Source of the DNA: Escherichia coli
Lineage (GTDB): Bacteria; Pseudomonadota; Gammaproteobacteria; Enterobacterales; Enterobacteriaceae
DNA length: 64,000 nt
Direction: 5' to 3' (one strand)
Assembly (NCBI RefSeq): GCF_009931435.1
Contig: NZ_CP043414.1
Notes under the pieces: model-generated
The model's input: only the letters and a program-made list of their open reading frames with translations
What the model was told of the DNA's origin: nothing
Database searches by the model: none
Made by a program: the position numbers and the translations under genes
Shown here: positions 30,633 to 41,906 of the stretch, one piece after another
How positions within the stretch are numbered: the first letter of the stretch is position 1
Layout: every line of letters starts with the position of its first letter

Positions 30633-33600
30633 TCAGAATTGCCACTTAATGCCCACCATTGCAGAGGTGTCATTATATCCTCTATCGGCAACCTGAACGC
30701 CCACATTCCCCCAGACATTCAGGTTGGCATTTAGCTGTCCTTCCACCCCGGTTTTTATCTCAGCAATATTTCGGGCGCCATCCTGAGTGACGGAGACGCC
30801 ATCCATGCTGGTGCTGAAATCCTTACTGTTATGCAGCCAGTTCACTTCTACAAACGGCTGGAACTCGCGGGATTTACCCTCATCCATTTTATGGTGGCTC
30901 TTCAGCCAGGTTTTTACGCCAAGTCGGGTTTGAACATTGCCATCACCGTTGCTATGAACGAGGGTTCCGTTGCTTTCGCGGTGATTATCGGCTTTGACTC
31001 CCATCCAGGTAACCTGTGCTTGCGGCTGAACATACCATTCATTACGCGTTCCCTGGCTGCCATTAAATTCAGCTAATTTGTGTTTGTATCCAGCTTCCAG
31101 TGAAGCGGTAAATCCTTTTGATTTATAGGATTCACTTTGTAAGTCATCCCCTTTCACTGTGTTATCAAACCAACTGTACTGCGCCCAACTGTCGAGATAC
31201 GCGCCATTACGCGACTCGTCATCGGCATACCAGGTGGCATAGAGGCCTGTGCTATATCCGTTCACACTCGCTTTTGCACGATAACCAGTTCGCGAGGAAA
31301 TGGTTTTGCTGTCGCTGTTGCCATATCCCGCCATGACCCCAACATGCCAGCGATCGCTGCCGTTTTGGCTCCACTGCGCGATATCGCCTCCCAGTTGCAG
31401 AACATAGCGATTGCTTTGGGTTTTCAGCTGGCCGCTGCCATCACGCCATTTATTATGACCACCTTCATGGCGCATCCACATAGTGGTTTGTTTCTGCTCA
31501 CCCGTCACCATGTCGGTATAGTACGTATTACCCAGACGCTCATGCAGACGCGTGTTGAACATGGTATTCGCTGCTGCAAGGTTCGCAATGTAGCTACCCG
31601 CCTCCGGTCGCAGGTCATTATCCACATTCAGATCCGGACCCGGCGTAGGTGTCGGGTTAGGGTTCGGCTCTGGATTCGGGTTTGGCTCCGGATTCGGCAT
31701 CGGGTCGGGCTCCGGCTGCAGTTCAGGAGAATCACTGCCGCTGGTCAGATACCAGTTACCGCTATTTGCCCCCTGTCCACGCGCGAGAGTGTAGTCATAT
31801 GCCCCCGCAACGATACGCCCAGCCTGAACAAATTCGCCCTCAGACTTACCGTCTACATGGATAAGTTCGATACCGTTAAGGGTTTTCGCACCTGTACCGC
31901 CAGCGTTATTCACCGTAACGGCAGTCGTGCCGCTAGTATCGCCCTCGACAACCAATTTATCGGTTACTGAGTCATCGCCATTCAGTACCGTATTCATTAC
32001 TAGTTGACCGTTATTACCGTGGTAGTTCCCCTTCACCACCAACACGTTGCCAGCTTGCTGTCCTGACATTCCGGTCATCAGCGTACCGTTGTTGGTCAGA
32101 TTGCCACCCAGGGTGTAATTCACTGGTGCAGCCGCTCTTTTTTCAGCGCTATTATTCAGCGCCAGGGTGCCGTTGTTCTCAATGTTTGCGTTACCCATTC
32201 CCTGCGCATGACTAACCAGGACATTAGCCGAGCTAGCAATGTTCACATTCGCCGTCAGGTTGCTATTATCGCCCGCTATGTCCAGCGTGCCGCCCTGGAT
32301 ATTCAGTTCCCCGTCGCCGCTTAACGAACCGCTTGAAGTCCCCCCGTTGGCAACCGTCAGAGTGCCGCCGTTTAAGTTCAGCAACGAATCGGCGCTAGCC
32401 TTGAGCGTACCCACGGTCTGGCTGTGACCATTCATATCCAGTTCAGTCTCTGCCGCCAGACGCAGTTCATGGGTATTACCCAACACGTTATCGTTATTCA
32501 ACAAAAGCGTCCCGCTACGCAGATCGGTAACACCGGTATAGTCATTGTCTTTGTTTGAAAGCGATACGGTCTGACCTTTCTGGCTGCTGAAGGCCAGGTC
32601 ACCACTGCCGGTAACCTTTGCACTGAGATCGGCGGCATTCTCGCTCTTACCGTTGGCACTCAGCACCAGGGCGTCACTGTCGGTAGCCTGCAAATCAAGC
32701 TGGGTCAGGCCGTAACCGATATACAGACCGTCATTGTTTACCCCACTCGTCAGGCGATAATCATAAGTGCCGACGGCCGCTTTTTGCCCATTCTGCTGAA
32801 TATCACGCTGTGATCTGCTGGAGAGGATTTGCCCATTTTTATTCTGTAGTTGAAGATTACCCGCATCCCCCAGAACTTCCGCACCCTGTGCATCAACCAG
32901 CTTAATGGTGCTGTTACCATCATCGACTTCAGTGAGCGATAACGCAGAGTCAATATCACGAGAAACAGAGCGTACAACGTCACTGTCAGTAACCTGAATC
33001 ACACCCTCGCCGCGCAAATCCAGCGTTTTACTAACGTTGACCGTCCCTTCTGTCATCTGCGCGCCAGCGGCCAGGGCACCAAAATCAACGGTTCCGCCCG
33101 AGAATCCCAGAGTGCTAATGGAGTGAGCGCCCTTACCCACTGTTATCTGGCTTCCCTGACCCGCAGTGATCCCGCCTTTCTGCAGAAACTCAGCATTTTT
33201 TTCCAGGTTAAATGTCGTGTTCTGGAACGCCAGTGAACCCTGGAACCAGTCTGTATAAGCAAACTCATCGAAGGAGAATTCGTGATTCCCCATGTTTATT
33301 TCAACAATGCCTTTACCTTCAAGATCGTTATCAAATACCCAATCTTTGTTGGCATTAATTTGCAGTTTGCCATCAACATCCAGTTCTGCACGGCCGATGT
33401 TCTTATCTTCAGAAATAACAGCGACAGCATCGGAAGCGACATCAATATATCCGCTGAATGCATAGTTATTGCCGGTCAACTCCACCGTCCCACTGTCGAT
33501 ACTTATTGTACCGTTGCCGGAAATCTTATTGGCAAAGGTCATGCTATCGTCAGCCTTCAGGTGTAATTTCCCGCGGTTGGTGATTTCTGCTGTACCTATA

Positions 33601-34616
33601 TTTTGGGTGATCCCTAAAGCCCCGTTTTTCTCAATTTTGACTTTACCGCTAAAGGCGGAGTTATCCCCGGTTAAGTAAGTTGTACCATTGAGCGCATTGA
33701 TATAGCCCAGGCCCTCGCTGCCACTGACAATATCCGCGGAAATAGTCGCGTTTTTATCCGTGTGGTTTAAAGTGATTTTCTTATCTGATGTCGAAGCCCA
33801 CACAAACTCAATTTTTTCGGCATCAATAATCCCTGCCGCTTTCGCATCACTCCCTTCCTGGGCACCTAACGCCAACTCAGAGTTGGTGCTTAAACTAATA
33901 GTCGGCGCAGAAACTTTACCGCCTTCTGAAACGGCAAGTGTTGTATCGGAGTTTTGGTTATAATAGCCCAGGCTAATTTGCTTACTGGCATTAACTTCAC
34001 CGCCGTTATTAACTGACAGGTACTGATTACCACCGTAACTGCTGTAAACGCCCATAAAGAAGGTTTCAGAATTTACCTGGCTGCCTTCACCACTGACATT
34101 TCCCTGCAAATAGGTCAGACGACTGGTGCCCTTAACATGGATTTTGCCGCCATTGGAGACGTTAAAATAGCCGCGATCATGCCAGGAGCCGGAGTTTGAG
34201 TCATATAAATCATCTGCATACAACTCACTACCAGCATTGGAGACGTTCAGGAAACCTGTACCTTTCAGCAGGACGTCAAGCTGACCATTGATATACACTT
34301 TCCCTCCGGTGATATCCAATCCACCACCAGAATTGAGCGTAAAGCGTGGACGCGAGGTGTCTGTTACGTTAATAACCAGATTAGCATTATCAGTCACCGT
34401 AATACGGTAATCGATGTTCTGATCGGTTTTGCCGTAATCAACAGTCTTATCCTGGTTCACGATGAAATCACCAGAGAACGCCAGAGATGAATATAAACTT
34501 ATCGCGCTAATTAAAACAGCCCGGGACTTTTTTCCTTTTACTCTGCTCCCCAGCTCCGAGCAGACGCTCCAACAGTTACGGGACCTGTTCCACTTTAGCC
34601 GATATATTTTATTCAT
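30633..34616 (-). CDS. ehaA: AIDA-I-type (type Va) autotransporter adhesin, 1327 aa (EhaA-like)
   Basis: Extended signal peptide MNKIYRLKWNRSRNCWSVCSELGSRVKGKK...; long Gly/Asn/Thr-rich beta-helix passenger; Pro-rich linker PEPDPMPNPEPNPNPEPNPNPTPTPGP; C-terminal beta-barrel ending in aromatic ...GIKWQF. Symbol is from recall of EHEC EhaA size and locus. Confidence 0.8.
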   Translation of the reverse strand: MNKIYRLKWNRSRNCWSVCSELGSRVKGKKSRAVLISAISLYSSLAFSGDFIVNQDKTVDYGKTDQNIDYRITVTDNANLVINVTDTSRPRFTLNSGGGLDITGGKVYINGQLDVLLKGTGFLNVSNAGSELYADDLYDSNSGSWHDRGYFNVSNGGKIHVKGTSRLTYLQGNVSGEGSQVNSETFFMGVYSSYGGNQYLSVNNGGEVNASKQISLGYYNQNSDTTLAVSEGGKVSAPTISLSTNSELALGAQEGSDAKAAGIIDAEKIEFVWASTSDKKITLNHTDKNATISADIVSGSEGLGYINALNGTTYLTGDNSAFSGKVKIEKNGALGITQNIGTAEITNRGKLHLKADDSMTFANKISGNGTISIDSGTVELTGNNYAFSGYIDVASDAVAVISEDKNIGRAELDVDGKLQINANKDWVFDNDLEGKGIVEINMGNHEFSFDEFAYTDWFQGSLAFQNTTFNLEKNAEFLQKGGITAGQGSQITVGKGAHSISTLGFSGGTVDFGALAAGAQMTEGTVNVSKTLDLRGEGVIQVTDSDVVRSVSRDIDSALSLTEVDDGNSTIKLVDAQGAEVLGDAGNLQLQNKNGQILSSRSQRDIQQNGQKAAVGTYDYRLTSGVNNDGLYIGYGLTQLDLQATDSDALVLSANGKSENAADLSAKVTGSGDLAFSSQKGQTVSLSNKDNDYTGVTDLRSGTLLLNNDNVLGNTHELRLAAETELDMNGHSQTVGTLKASADSLLNLNGGTLTVANGGTSSGSLSGDGELNIQGGTLDIAGDNSNLTANVNIASSANVLVSHAQGMGNANIENNGTLALNNSAEKRAAAPVNYTLGGNLTNNGTLMTGMSGQQAGNVLVVKGNYHGNNGQLVMNTVLNGDDSVTDKLVVEGDTSGTTAVTVNNAGGTGAKTLNGIELIHVDGKSEGEFVQAGRIVAGAYDYTLARGQGANSGNWYLTSGSDSPELQPEPDPMPNPEPNPNPEPNPNPTPTPGPDLNVDNDLRPEAGSYIANLAAANTMFNTRLHERLGNTYYTDMVTGEQKQTTMWMRHEGGHNKWRDGSGQLKTQSNRYVLQLGGDIAQWSQNGSDRWHVGVMAGYGNSDSKTISSRTGYRAKASVNGYSTGLYATWYADDESRNGAYLDSWAQYSWFDNTVKGDDLQSESYKSKGFTASLEAGYKHKLAEFNGSQGTRNEWYVQPQAQVTWMGVKADNHRESNGTLVHSNGDGNVQTRLGVKTWLKSHHKMDEGKSREFQPFVEVNWLHNSKDFSTSMDGVSVTQDGARNIAEIKTGVEGQLNANLNVWGNVGVQVADRGYNDTSAMVGIKWQF

Positions 34617-35188
34617 CACAATCTCCAGCAATACATCCAAATAAAACTAAGATTGCATAAACAGCAACGCATTAAATGCCATTCCGGTTACTGTTCATCG
34701 CATATAAAAATTCAAAAATTTTGCATAGCATTGACAACCACATATCTGAGTATGTAGTTCAGAGGGTAATAAAATAGCAAGTTACTACTGAAAACTTATT
34801 TTAAGTTAACACTATTAACTTTATCATTACATTCCACCCAGTCTCGAATACATGCGCATTATATGTATCCAGGAACTCAAATCAACTCAAAATATAAACA
34901 AAAGCAGGAGGAATACATTTAATATACAGCCGGTAAAAGTGGTAACTCTTATTAGGTATCAAAATATAAGAATCGTCTTATTAATAAATATATAACTCTA
35001 TAGGACTGAATCCATTCAGCTAATGCAAAATAAAATCGTTAATTAATAAAATATAAAATCATGAAGTGATACAAGAGGAATTGCAGGATATGACATGACA
35101 ATCATATATAATATATGCATAATTTTTTACAGCGAGTCAATGATTTCCGCGCCATATGCAGACATGGCGCGGTTTTATGCAAAAATAA

Positions 35189-37222
35189 TCACACGTCCGG
35201 GAACATTACGCTATTACCCGGCGCTTCACGATGGAGATGGATAAAGTTTAGGTGCCGCTCGTACTGATCGAGAATATCGGTGATCACCTGCTCTTTGCTG
35301 TAGTCCATCAGGTCGTTGCCCTGGCTGCCTTCTAACAGGAAGGTTTCCAGCCGGTAGTAGGTCGATTTACCGCTACGTGCGCGGTAGGTAAAGCCCGGCA
35401 CCGAATATTGCTGCGGCCAAATCTGATAGACAAAGTTTTGCTCTTCGCCCATATGCACCAACAAATCCAGATGCCCCAACTGTTGTCCCTCTTCCGGCGG
35501 CAGGCTTTTTAGCTCCACGTACGCGCCGCGCAACCGCAGCTCCTGCGCCACTTCTTCCATTGCCGGGTAACAGACCGTCTCCATCATCTGTTTAGTGTAA
35601 CGCGTGCCCGGATAATTCATCAGGCGCGAGAGACGTTTTTTCCAGCTCAGGCGATCCTGAAGCCCCAGCGGTCGCGGCGCGGTATCACGGTTGGCACTTT
35701 CACGGCGGTAATCTTCTACCTTCAGAGATTTATACAATCCCGCCATCACGAAGAAAATCACAAAGCTGAACGGCAGCCCCATGATTACCGTGGTGTTTTG
35801 CAGCGCGGATATCCCGTTGGTCATCAGCATGCCAAGCGTCAGCAGACCAATGGCAACCGACCAGAAGACACGCAGCCAGCCCGGCGCGTCGCTGTTGATA
35901 TCTTTAAGCTGCGAGGTGAAATTCCCCAGCACCAGCGCCCCGGAATCCGCCGAAGTTACGTAGAACAGCAAGCCAGTGATGGTGGCAACCGAGGCGCTAA
36001 AGGTAAATGCCGGATATTGCGCCAGCAGGCTGTAGAAGCCGCGCTCCGGATGGACCATCGCTTCCTCGGCAAATGCCGCGCCGCCGTGGATGATTTCATA
36101 CAGCGCGCTATTGCCGAATACCGAGAGCCATAACAGCGTGAAGGTAAACGGAATAATCAACGTGCCCAGCACGAACTGGCGAATGGTACGCCCGCGCGAG
36201 ATACGCGCCAGGAACAGGCCGACAAACGGCGACCATGCCACCCACCATGCCCAGAAGAAGAGCGTCCAGTTATTCATCCACTCAACCGGACGGTCGAAGG
36301 CAAAACTGTTGAGCGTCATTCCCATAAAGCGATTCACATAGTCGCCAACGTTCAGCACCAGCGCATTAAGCAGGAACGAGGTGTCGCCCATAAACAGCAC
36401 GAACAGGATCAACCCCAGCGCCAGCGCAACGTTGAGTTCCGATAACACGCGAATGCCCTTATCGACACCGGAGGTGACAGAGATCGTTGCGATGATCACC
36501 GACAAGGCGATCAGTGCCGCTTTCGCCGCCATCGAATCGGGAATATCAAACAGTACGCTCAAGCCATAGTTAAGCTGCACCACGCCAATACCGAGCGTGG
36601 TCGCAATACCGAAAATGGTGCCGATTACCGCCGCGATATCTACCGTGTGACCAATCGGCCCGTTGATCCGTTTGCCGAAAATAGGATACAGCGCCGAGCG
36701 GATCGTGAGCGGTAAATCATAACGATAGCTAAAGTATCCAAGCGCCATGCCCATCAGCGCATACATCGACCAGCCGGTTAAGCCGTAGTGAAACAGCGTC
36801 CAGACCATCGCCTGACGCGCGGCCTCAATTGTCTGTCCCGCGCCTTCCGGCGGCTGCATATACTGCGTGACCGGCTCAGCAACGGAGAAGAACATCAGAT
36901 CAATACCAATCCCGGCAGCGAACAGCATCGCCGCCCAGCTCAGTAGACTGAATTCCGGTTTGGATTGTTCAGGCCCGAGCTTCACCGAACCAAAACGCGA
37001 ACAAGCGATGCAGACCACAAAGACAATATAGAGCGTTGCCGCCAGCAGATAGTACCAACCGAAGGTTTTAGAAACCCAGTCCAGCGTGCGGCCAATCCAC
37101 AGGGCCGAGAAGTCGCGAAACAGGATCGTTGTCAGGGAAAACAACAAAATCAGTCCGGCGGAGGTGTAAAACACCACCGGATTGATTTTGTCCTTTTCCC
37201 TGCTGTGCGAAAGGTCTGTCAT
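35189..37222 (-). CDS. betT: Choline transporter (BCCT family)
   Basis: 677-aa polytopic ORF with the BCCT-type Trp-rich segment (WTLFFWAWWVAWSPFVG); synteny with betIBA. Confidence 0.93.
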   Translation of the reverse strand: MTDLSHSREKDKINPVVFYTSAGLILLFSLTTILFRDFSALWIGRTLDWVSKTFGWYYLLAATLYIVFVVCIACSRFGSVKLGPEQSKPEFSLLSWAAMLFAAGIGIDLMFFSVAEPVTQYMQPPEGAGQTIEAARQAMVWTLFHYGLTGWSMYALMGMALGYFSYRYDLPLTIRSALYPIFGKRINGPIGHTVDIAAVIGTIFGIATTLGIGVVQLNYGLSVLFDIPDSMAAKAALIALSVIIATISVTSGVDKGIRVLSELNVALALGLILFVLFMGDTSFLLNALVLNVGDYVNRFMGMTLNSFAFDRPVEWMNNWTLFFWAWWVAWSPFVGLFLARISRGRTIRQFVLGTLIIPFTFTLLWLSVFGNSALYEIIHGGAAFAEEAMVHPERGFYSLLAQYPAFTFSASVATITGLLFYVTSADSGALVLGNFTSQLKDINSDAPGWLRVFWSVAIGLLTLGMLMTNGISALQNTTVIMGLPFSFVIFFVMAGLYKSLKVEDYRRESANRDTAPRPLGLQDRLSWKKRLSRLMNYPGTRYTKQMMETVCYPAMEEVAQELRLRGAYVELKSLPPEEGQQLGHLDLLVHMGEEQNFVYQIWPQQYSVPGFTYRARSGKSTYYRLETFLLEGSQGNDLMDYSKEQVITDILDQYERHLNFIHLHREAPGNSVMFPDV

Positions 37223-37286
37223 CCAGTATCCCCACTGTTATTGTTACCATTTAAAATCAAATTAGTAACAATTAAGACACATTTTA

Positions 37287-37306
37287 TATTGAACGTCCAA
37301 TCAATA
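37287..37306. promoter_or_regulatory. Candidate BetI operator palindrome in the betT-betI divergent promoter region
   Basis: Perfect inverted repeat TATTGA-ACGTCCAA-TCAATA in the 128-bp intergenic region. Confidence 0.45.
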
Positions 37307-37350
37307 ACGGCTTTAATAGATTAACAACGCTGATGAATGGAGTGGCAAAA

Positions 37351-37938
37351 ATGCCCAAATTGGGGATGCAGTCGATCCGGCGCAGACAACTGATCGACGC
37401 CACGCTGGAAGCAATAAATGAAGTAGGTATGCACGATGCGACGATCGCGCAGATTGCCCGCCGGGCGGGCGTTTCCACCGGGATCATTAGCCACTATTTC
37501 AAAGATAAAAATGGTCTGCTGGAAGCAACCATGCGTGATATCACCAGCCAGCTGCGTGACGCGGTCTTGAACCGCTTACACGCGCTACCGGATGGCAGCC
37601 CTGAGCAGCGATTACAGGCGATTGTTGACGGAAATTTCGATGAGACTCAGGTCAGTAATGCTGCGATGAAAGCCTGGCTGGCGTTTTGGGCCAGCAGTAT
37701 GCATCAGCCGATGCTTTACCGTTTGCAGCAGGTGAGCAGCCGCCGCTTGTTGTCGAATCTGGTGAGCGAATTTCACCGCGAGTTACCGCGCAAAGAGGCA
37801 CAGGAGGCAGGTTATGGCCTGGCCGCGCTGATTGACGGTTTATGGCTGCGCGCGGCATTGAGCGGTAAACCGCTGGATAAACCTCTCGCACACTCGCTCA
37901 CCCGCCACTTTATCACTCAGCATTTACCCACCGATTAA
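37351..37938 (+). CDS. betI: TetR-family repressor of the bet regulon
   Basis: TetR HTH ([21 protein letters not shown]); start placed at MPKLGM. Confidence 0.9.
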   Translation: MPKLGMQSIRRRQLIDATLEAINEVGMHDATIAQIARRAGVSTGIISHYFKDKNGLLEATMRDITSQLRDAVLNRLHALPDGSPEQRLQAIVDGNFDETQVSNAAMKAWLAFWASSMHQPMLYRLQQVSSRRLLSNLVSEFHRELPRKEAQEAGYGLAALIDGLWLRAALSGKPLDKPLAHSLTRHFITQHLPTD

Positions 37939-37951
37939 CCGAGGAGACGTG

Positions 37952-39424
37952 ATGTCCCGAATGGCAGAACAGCAGCTTTATATACATGGTGGTTATACCT
38001 CCGCCACCAGCGGTCGCACCTTCGAGACCATTAACCCGGCCAACGGTAACGTGCTGGCGACCGTGCAGGCCGCCGGGCGTGAGGATGTCGATCGCGCCGT
38101 GAAGAGCGCCCAGCAGGGGCAAAAAATCTGGGCGGCGATGACCGCCATGGAACGCTCGCGCATTCTGCGTCGGGCCGTTGATATTCTGCGCGAACGCAAT
38201 GACGAACTCGCTAAACTGGAAACCCTCGACACCGGGAAGGCGTATTCAGAAACCTCAACCGTCGATATCGTTACCGGCGCGGACGTACTGGAGTACTACG
38301 CCGGGCTGATCCCGGCGCTGGAAGGCAGCCAGATCCCGCTACGCGAGACGTCGTTTGTTTATACCCGCAGTGAACCGCTGGGCGTGGTCGCCGGAATTGG
38401 CGCATGGAACTACCCGATTCAGATTGCTTTGTGGAAATCCGCTCCGGCACTGGCCGCAGGCAACGCGATGATATTCAAACCGAGCGAAGTTACCCCGCTT
38501 ACCGCGTTAAAGCTGGCTGAAATCTACAGCGAAGCGGGCCTGCCGGACGGCGTATTTAACGTGTTGCCGGGCGTAGGTGCGGAAACCGGGCAGTATCTGA
38601 CCGAGCATCCGGGCATCGCCAAAGTGTCGTTTACCGGCGGCGTCGCCAGCGGCAAAAAGGTGATGGCTAACGCGGCGGCCTCTTCCCTGAAAGAGGTGAC
38701 CATGGAGCTGGGCGGTAAATCGCCGCTGATCGTTTTCGACGATGCAGACCTCGATCTCGCCGCCGATATCGCCATGATGGCGAACTTCTTTAGCTCCGGT
38801 CAGGTGTGTACCAATGGCACCCGCGTCTTCGTTCCGGCGAAATGCAAAGCCGCGTTTGAGCAGAAAATACTGGCGCGCGTTGAACGCATTCGCGCGGGCG
38901 ACGTTTTCGATCCGCAAACCAACTTTGGCCCGCTGGTCAGCTTCCCGCATCGCGATAACGTGCTGCGCTATATCGCCAAAGGTAAAGAGGAAGGCGCACG
39001 CGTGCTCTGCGGCGGCGATGTGCTGAAGGGTGATGGCTTCGATAACGGCGCATGGGTTGCACCGACCGTGTTCACCGATTGCCGCGACGAAATGACTATC
39101 GTGCGCGAAGAGATCTTCGGCCCGGTGATGTCGCTCCTCACGTATGAGTCTGAAGACGAAGTGATTCGCCGCGCCAATGATACCGACTACGGTCTGGCGG
39201 CGGGTATCGTCACGGCGGATCTGAACCGCGCGCATCGCGTCATTCATCAGCTGGAAGCCGGCATTTGCTGGATCAACACCTGGGGAGAATCCCCGGCGGA
39301 GATGCCCGTTGGCGGTTACAAACACTCCGGCATTGGCCGCGAGAACGGCGTGATGACGCTCCAGAGTTATACCCAGGTGAAGTCCATCCAGGTTGAGATG
39401 GCTAAATTCCAGTCCATATTCTAA
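37952..39424 (+). CDS. betB: Betaine aldehyde dehydrogenase (NAD-dependent ALDH family)
   Basis: ALDH motifs (ELGGKSP, catalytic Cys in [13 protein letters not shown]). Confidence 0.93.
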   Translation: MSRMAEQQLYIHGGYTSATSGRTFETINPANGNVLATVQAAGREDVDRAVKSAQQGQKIWAAMTAMERSRILRRAVDILRERNDELAKLETLDTGKAYSETSTVDIVTGADVLEYYAGLIPALEGSQIPLRETSFVYTRSEPLGVVAGIGAWNYPIQIALWKSAPALAAGNAMIFKPSEVTPLTALKLAEIYSEAGLPDGVFNVLPGVGAETGQYLTEHPGIAKVSFTGGVASGKKVMANAAASSLKEVTMELGGKSPLIVFDDADLDLAADIAMMANFFSSGQVCTNGTRVFVPAKCKAAFEQKILARVERIRAGDVFDPQTNFGPLVSFPHRDNVLRYIAKGKEEGARVLCGGDVLKGDGFDNGAWVAPTVFTDCRDEMTIVREEIFGPVMSLLTYESEDEVIRRANDTDYGLAAGIVTADLNRAHRVIHQLEAGICWINTWGESPAEMPVGGYKHSGIGRENGVMTLQSYTQVKSIQVEMAKFQSIF

Positions 39425-39437
39425 CCAGGAGGTTTAT

Positions 39438-41126
39438 TTGCAATTTGACTACATCATTATTGGCGCCGGCTCTGCCGGCAACGTCCTCGCGACACGTCTG
39501 ACTGAAGATCCGAACACTACCGTGCTGCTGCTTGAAGCGGGCGGCCCGGACTATCGCTTTGACTTCCGTACCCAAATGCCCGCTGCGCTGGCGTTCCCGC
39601 TACAGGGTAAACGCTATAACTGGGCGTATGAGACCGAGCCGGAACCGTTTATGAACAACCGTCGCATGGAGTGCGGACGCGGTAAGGGGCTTGGTGGATC
39701 ATCACTGATCAACGGCATGTGTTACATCCGTGGTAACGCGCTGGATCTCGATAACTGGGCGAAAGAACCCGGTCTGGAGAACTGGAGCTACCTCGACTGT
39801 CTGCCCTACTATCGCAAGGCCGAGACTCGCGATGTGGGCGAGAACGACTACCACGGCGGTGATGGCCCGGTGAGCGTCACCACCTCCAAACCCGGCGTCA
39901 ATCCGCTGTTTGAAGCGATGATTGAAGCGGGCGTGCAGGCGGGCTACCCGCGCACGGACGATCTCAACGGCTATCAGCAGGAAGGTTTTGGCCCGATGGA
40001 TCGCACCGTCACGCCGCAGGGCCGTCGCGCCAGTACCGCGCGCGGTTATCTCGATCAGGCCAAATCGCGCCCTAACCTGACGATTCGTACTCACGCTATG
40101 ACCGATCACATCATTTTTGACGGCAAACGCGCGGTGGGCGTCGAGTGGCTGGAAGGCGACAGCACCATTCCGACCCGCTCGGCGGCGAATAAAGAAGTGC
40201 TGTTATGTGCAGGCGCGATTGCTTCACCGCAGATCCTGCAACGCTCCGGCGTCGGCAACGCTGGACTGCTGGCGGAGTTTGATATTCCGCTGGTGCATGA
40301 ATTACCTGGCGTCGGCGAAAATCTTCAGGATCACCTGGAGATGTATCTGCAATATGAGTGCAAAGAACCGGTTTCCCTCTACCCTGCCCTGCAGTGGTGG
40401 AATCAGCCGAAAATCGGTGCGGAGTGGCTGTTTGGCGGCACCGGCGTGGGTGCCAGCAACCACTTTGAAGCAGGTGGATTTATCCGCAGCCGTGAGGAAT
40501 TTGCGTGGCCGAACATTCAATACCACTTCCTGCCGGTAGCGATTAACTACAACGGCTCGAATGCGGTGAAAGAGCACGGTTTCCAGTGCCACGTTGGCTC
40601 AATGCGCTCGCCAAGCCGTGGGCATGTGCGGATTAAATCCCGCGACCCGCACCAGCATCCGGCGATTTTGTTTAACTACATGTCGCACGAACAGGACTGG
40701 CAGGAGTTCCGCGACGCGATTCGCATCACCCGCGAGATCATGCATCAACCGGCGCTGGATCAATACCGTGGCCGCGAAATCAGCCCCGGCGCGGAATGCC
40801 AGACAGATGAGCAGCTCGATGAGTTTGTGCGTAATCACGCCGAAACCGCCTTCCACCCATGCGGTACGTGCAAAATGGGGTACGACGAGATGTCCGTTGT
40901 GGATGGCGAAGGCCGCGTGCACGGGCTGGAAGGATTACGCGTAGTCGATGCGTCAATTATGCCGCAGATCATCACCGGCAATCTGAACGCCACGACCATT
41001 ATGATTGGCGAGAAAATGGCGGATATGATTCGCGGACGAGAAGCGTTGCCCAGAAGTCTGGCGGCGTATTTTGTGGCGAATGGGATGCCAGTAAGAGCGA
41101 AAAAACTGAATCGCGATTTGAACTAA
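39438..41126 (+). CDS. betA: Choline dehydrogenase (GMC oxidoreductase, FAD-dependent)
   Basis: FAD-binding GxGxxG ([15 protein letters not shown]); start placed at the TTG at 39438, which has an AGGAGG 7 nt upstream; the longer ATG-initiated ORF from 39393 overlaps betB. Confidence 0.88.
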   Translation: MQFDYIIIGAGSAGNVLATRLTEDPNTTVLLLEAGGPDYRFDFRTQMPAALAFPLQGKRYNWAYETEPEPFMNNRRMECGRGKGLGGSSLINGMCYIRGNALDLDNWAKEPGLENWSYLDCLPYYRKAETRDVGENDYHGGDGPVSVTTSKPGVNPLFEAMIEAGVQAGYPRTDDLNGYQQEGFGPMDRTVTPQGRRASTARGYLDQAKSRPNLTIRTHAMTDHIIFDGKRAVGVEWLEGDSTIPTRSAANKEVLLCAGAIASPQILQRSGVGNAGLLAEFDIPLVHELPGVGENLQDHLEMYLQYECKEPVSLYPALQWWNQPKIGAEWLFGGTGVGASNHFEAGGFIRSREEFAWPNIQYHFLPVAINYNGSNAVKEHGFQCHVGSMRSPSRGHVRIKSRDPHQHPAILFNYMSHEQDWQEFRDAIRITREIMHQPALDQYRGREISPGAECQTDEQLDEFVRNHAETAFHPCGTCKMGYDEMSVVDGEGRVHGLEGLRVVDASIMPQIITGNLNATTIMIGEKMADMIRGREALPRSLAAYFVANGMPVRAKKLNRDLN

Positions 41127-41330
41127 CGCAGGAACTTACAAGATTGAGAGTTACCGTTCTACGATAAGGACCGAATCCTTATATAAAAAACATAGGTAAC
41201 TCTCATGCTTCATATCCAGTATTCATGATGCTGGTTTTTTGCTGATGTTTTTACCAGAATATTCCTGATACAGACTATTAATTCAAGCTTATCTGCGACA
41301 GATTTCATTTTCTGGATATATTATGAGTGA

Positions 41331-41833
41331 CAAATCAAACAGGATATCGATCTGATTGAAATTTTATTTTATCTGAAGAAAAAGATTCGTGTTATTCTGT
41401 TTATTATAGCTGTTTGTATGACAATGGTGCTATTATTTCTGTACATCAATAAAGACAATATAAAGCTGAGTTACAGCCTAAAAATAAACCACACAACATC
41501 AGGCATACTTGTAAGCTGTGATAGCAATAATAACTTTGCCTGTCAGACCACAATGACTGAAGATGTTATTCAGCGAATTACGAGTTTTTTAGACCAGTAC
41601 TAATGCTAAAAATTGCCTTGTCAAAAAAATGGTAGATGAATACAAACAAAACTCTGGGCAGTAATAAACAGCATTCTGATAGAGAGTGCCTGTATAAAGC
41701 TGAAGTGACAATGACCGGGAAGGGAGCCCGTCTTCAGGAATGGATTCCTGTCTTTTTCACTGTAAATATCCTGGCATTATTAATGTCAGGATATTTACAG
41801 AAGAGCAGCATAACCATGACGGAACGGGGTTAA
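41331..41833 (+). pseudogene. Possible degraded gene for a small membrane protein (frameshifted fragments)
   Basis: ATG at 41333 opens a short frame (MSDKSNRISI*) that continues after a +1 shift into ...LIEILFYLKKKIRVILFIIAVCMTMVLLFLYINKD... (ORF ending 41603), followed by another fragment at 41636..41833; AT-rich. Confidence 0.25.
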
Positions 41834-41906
41834 GTCAGGTTGTCCTTAACGCTATTCACAACCTCGTATACCGCCTTCAGGTTTATGTCCAGACTTCATA
41901 TCTCTC

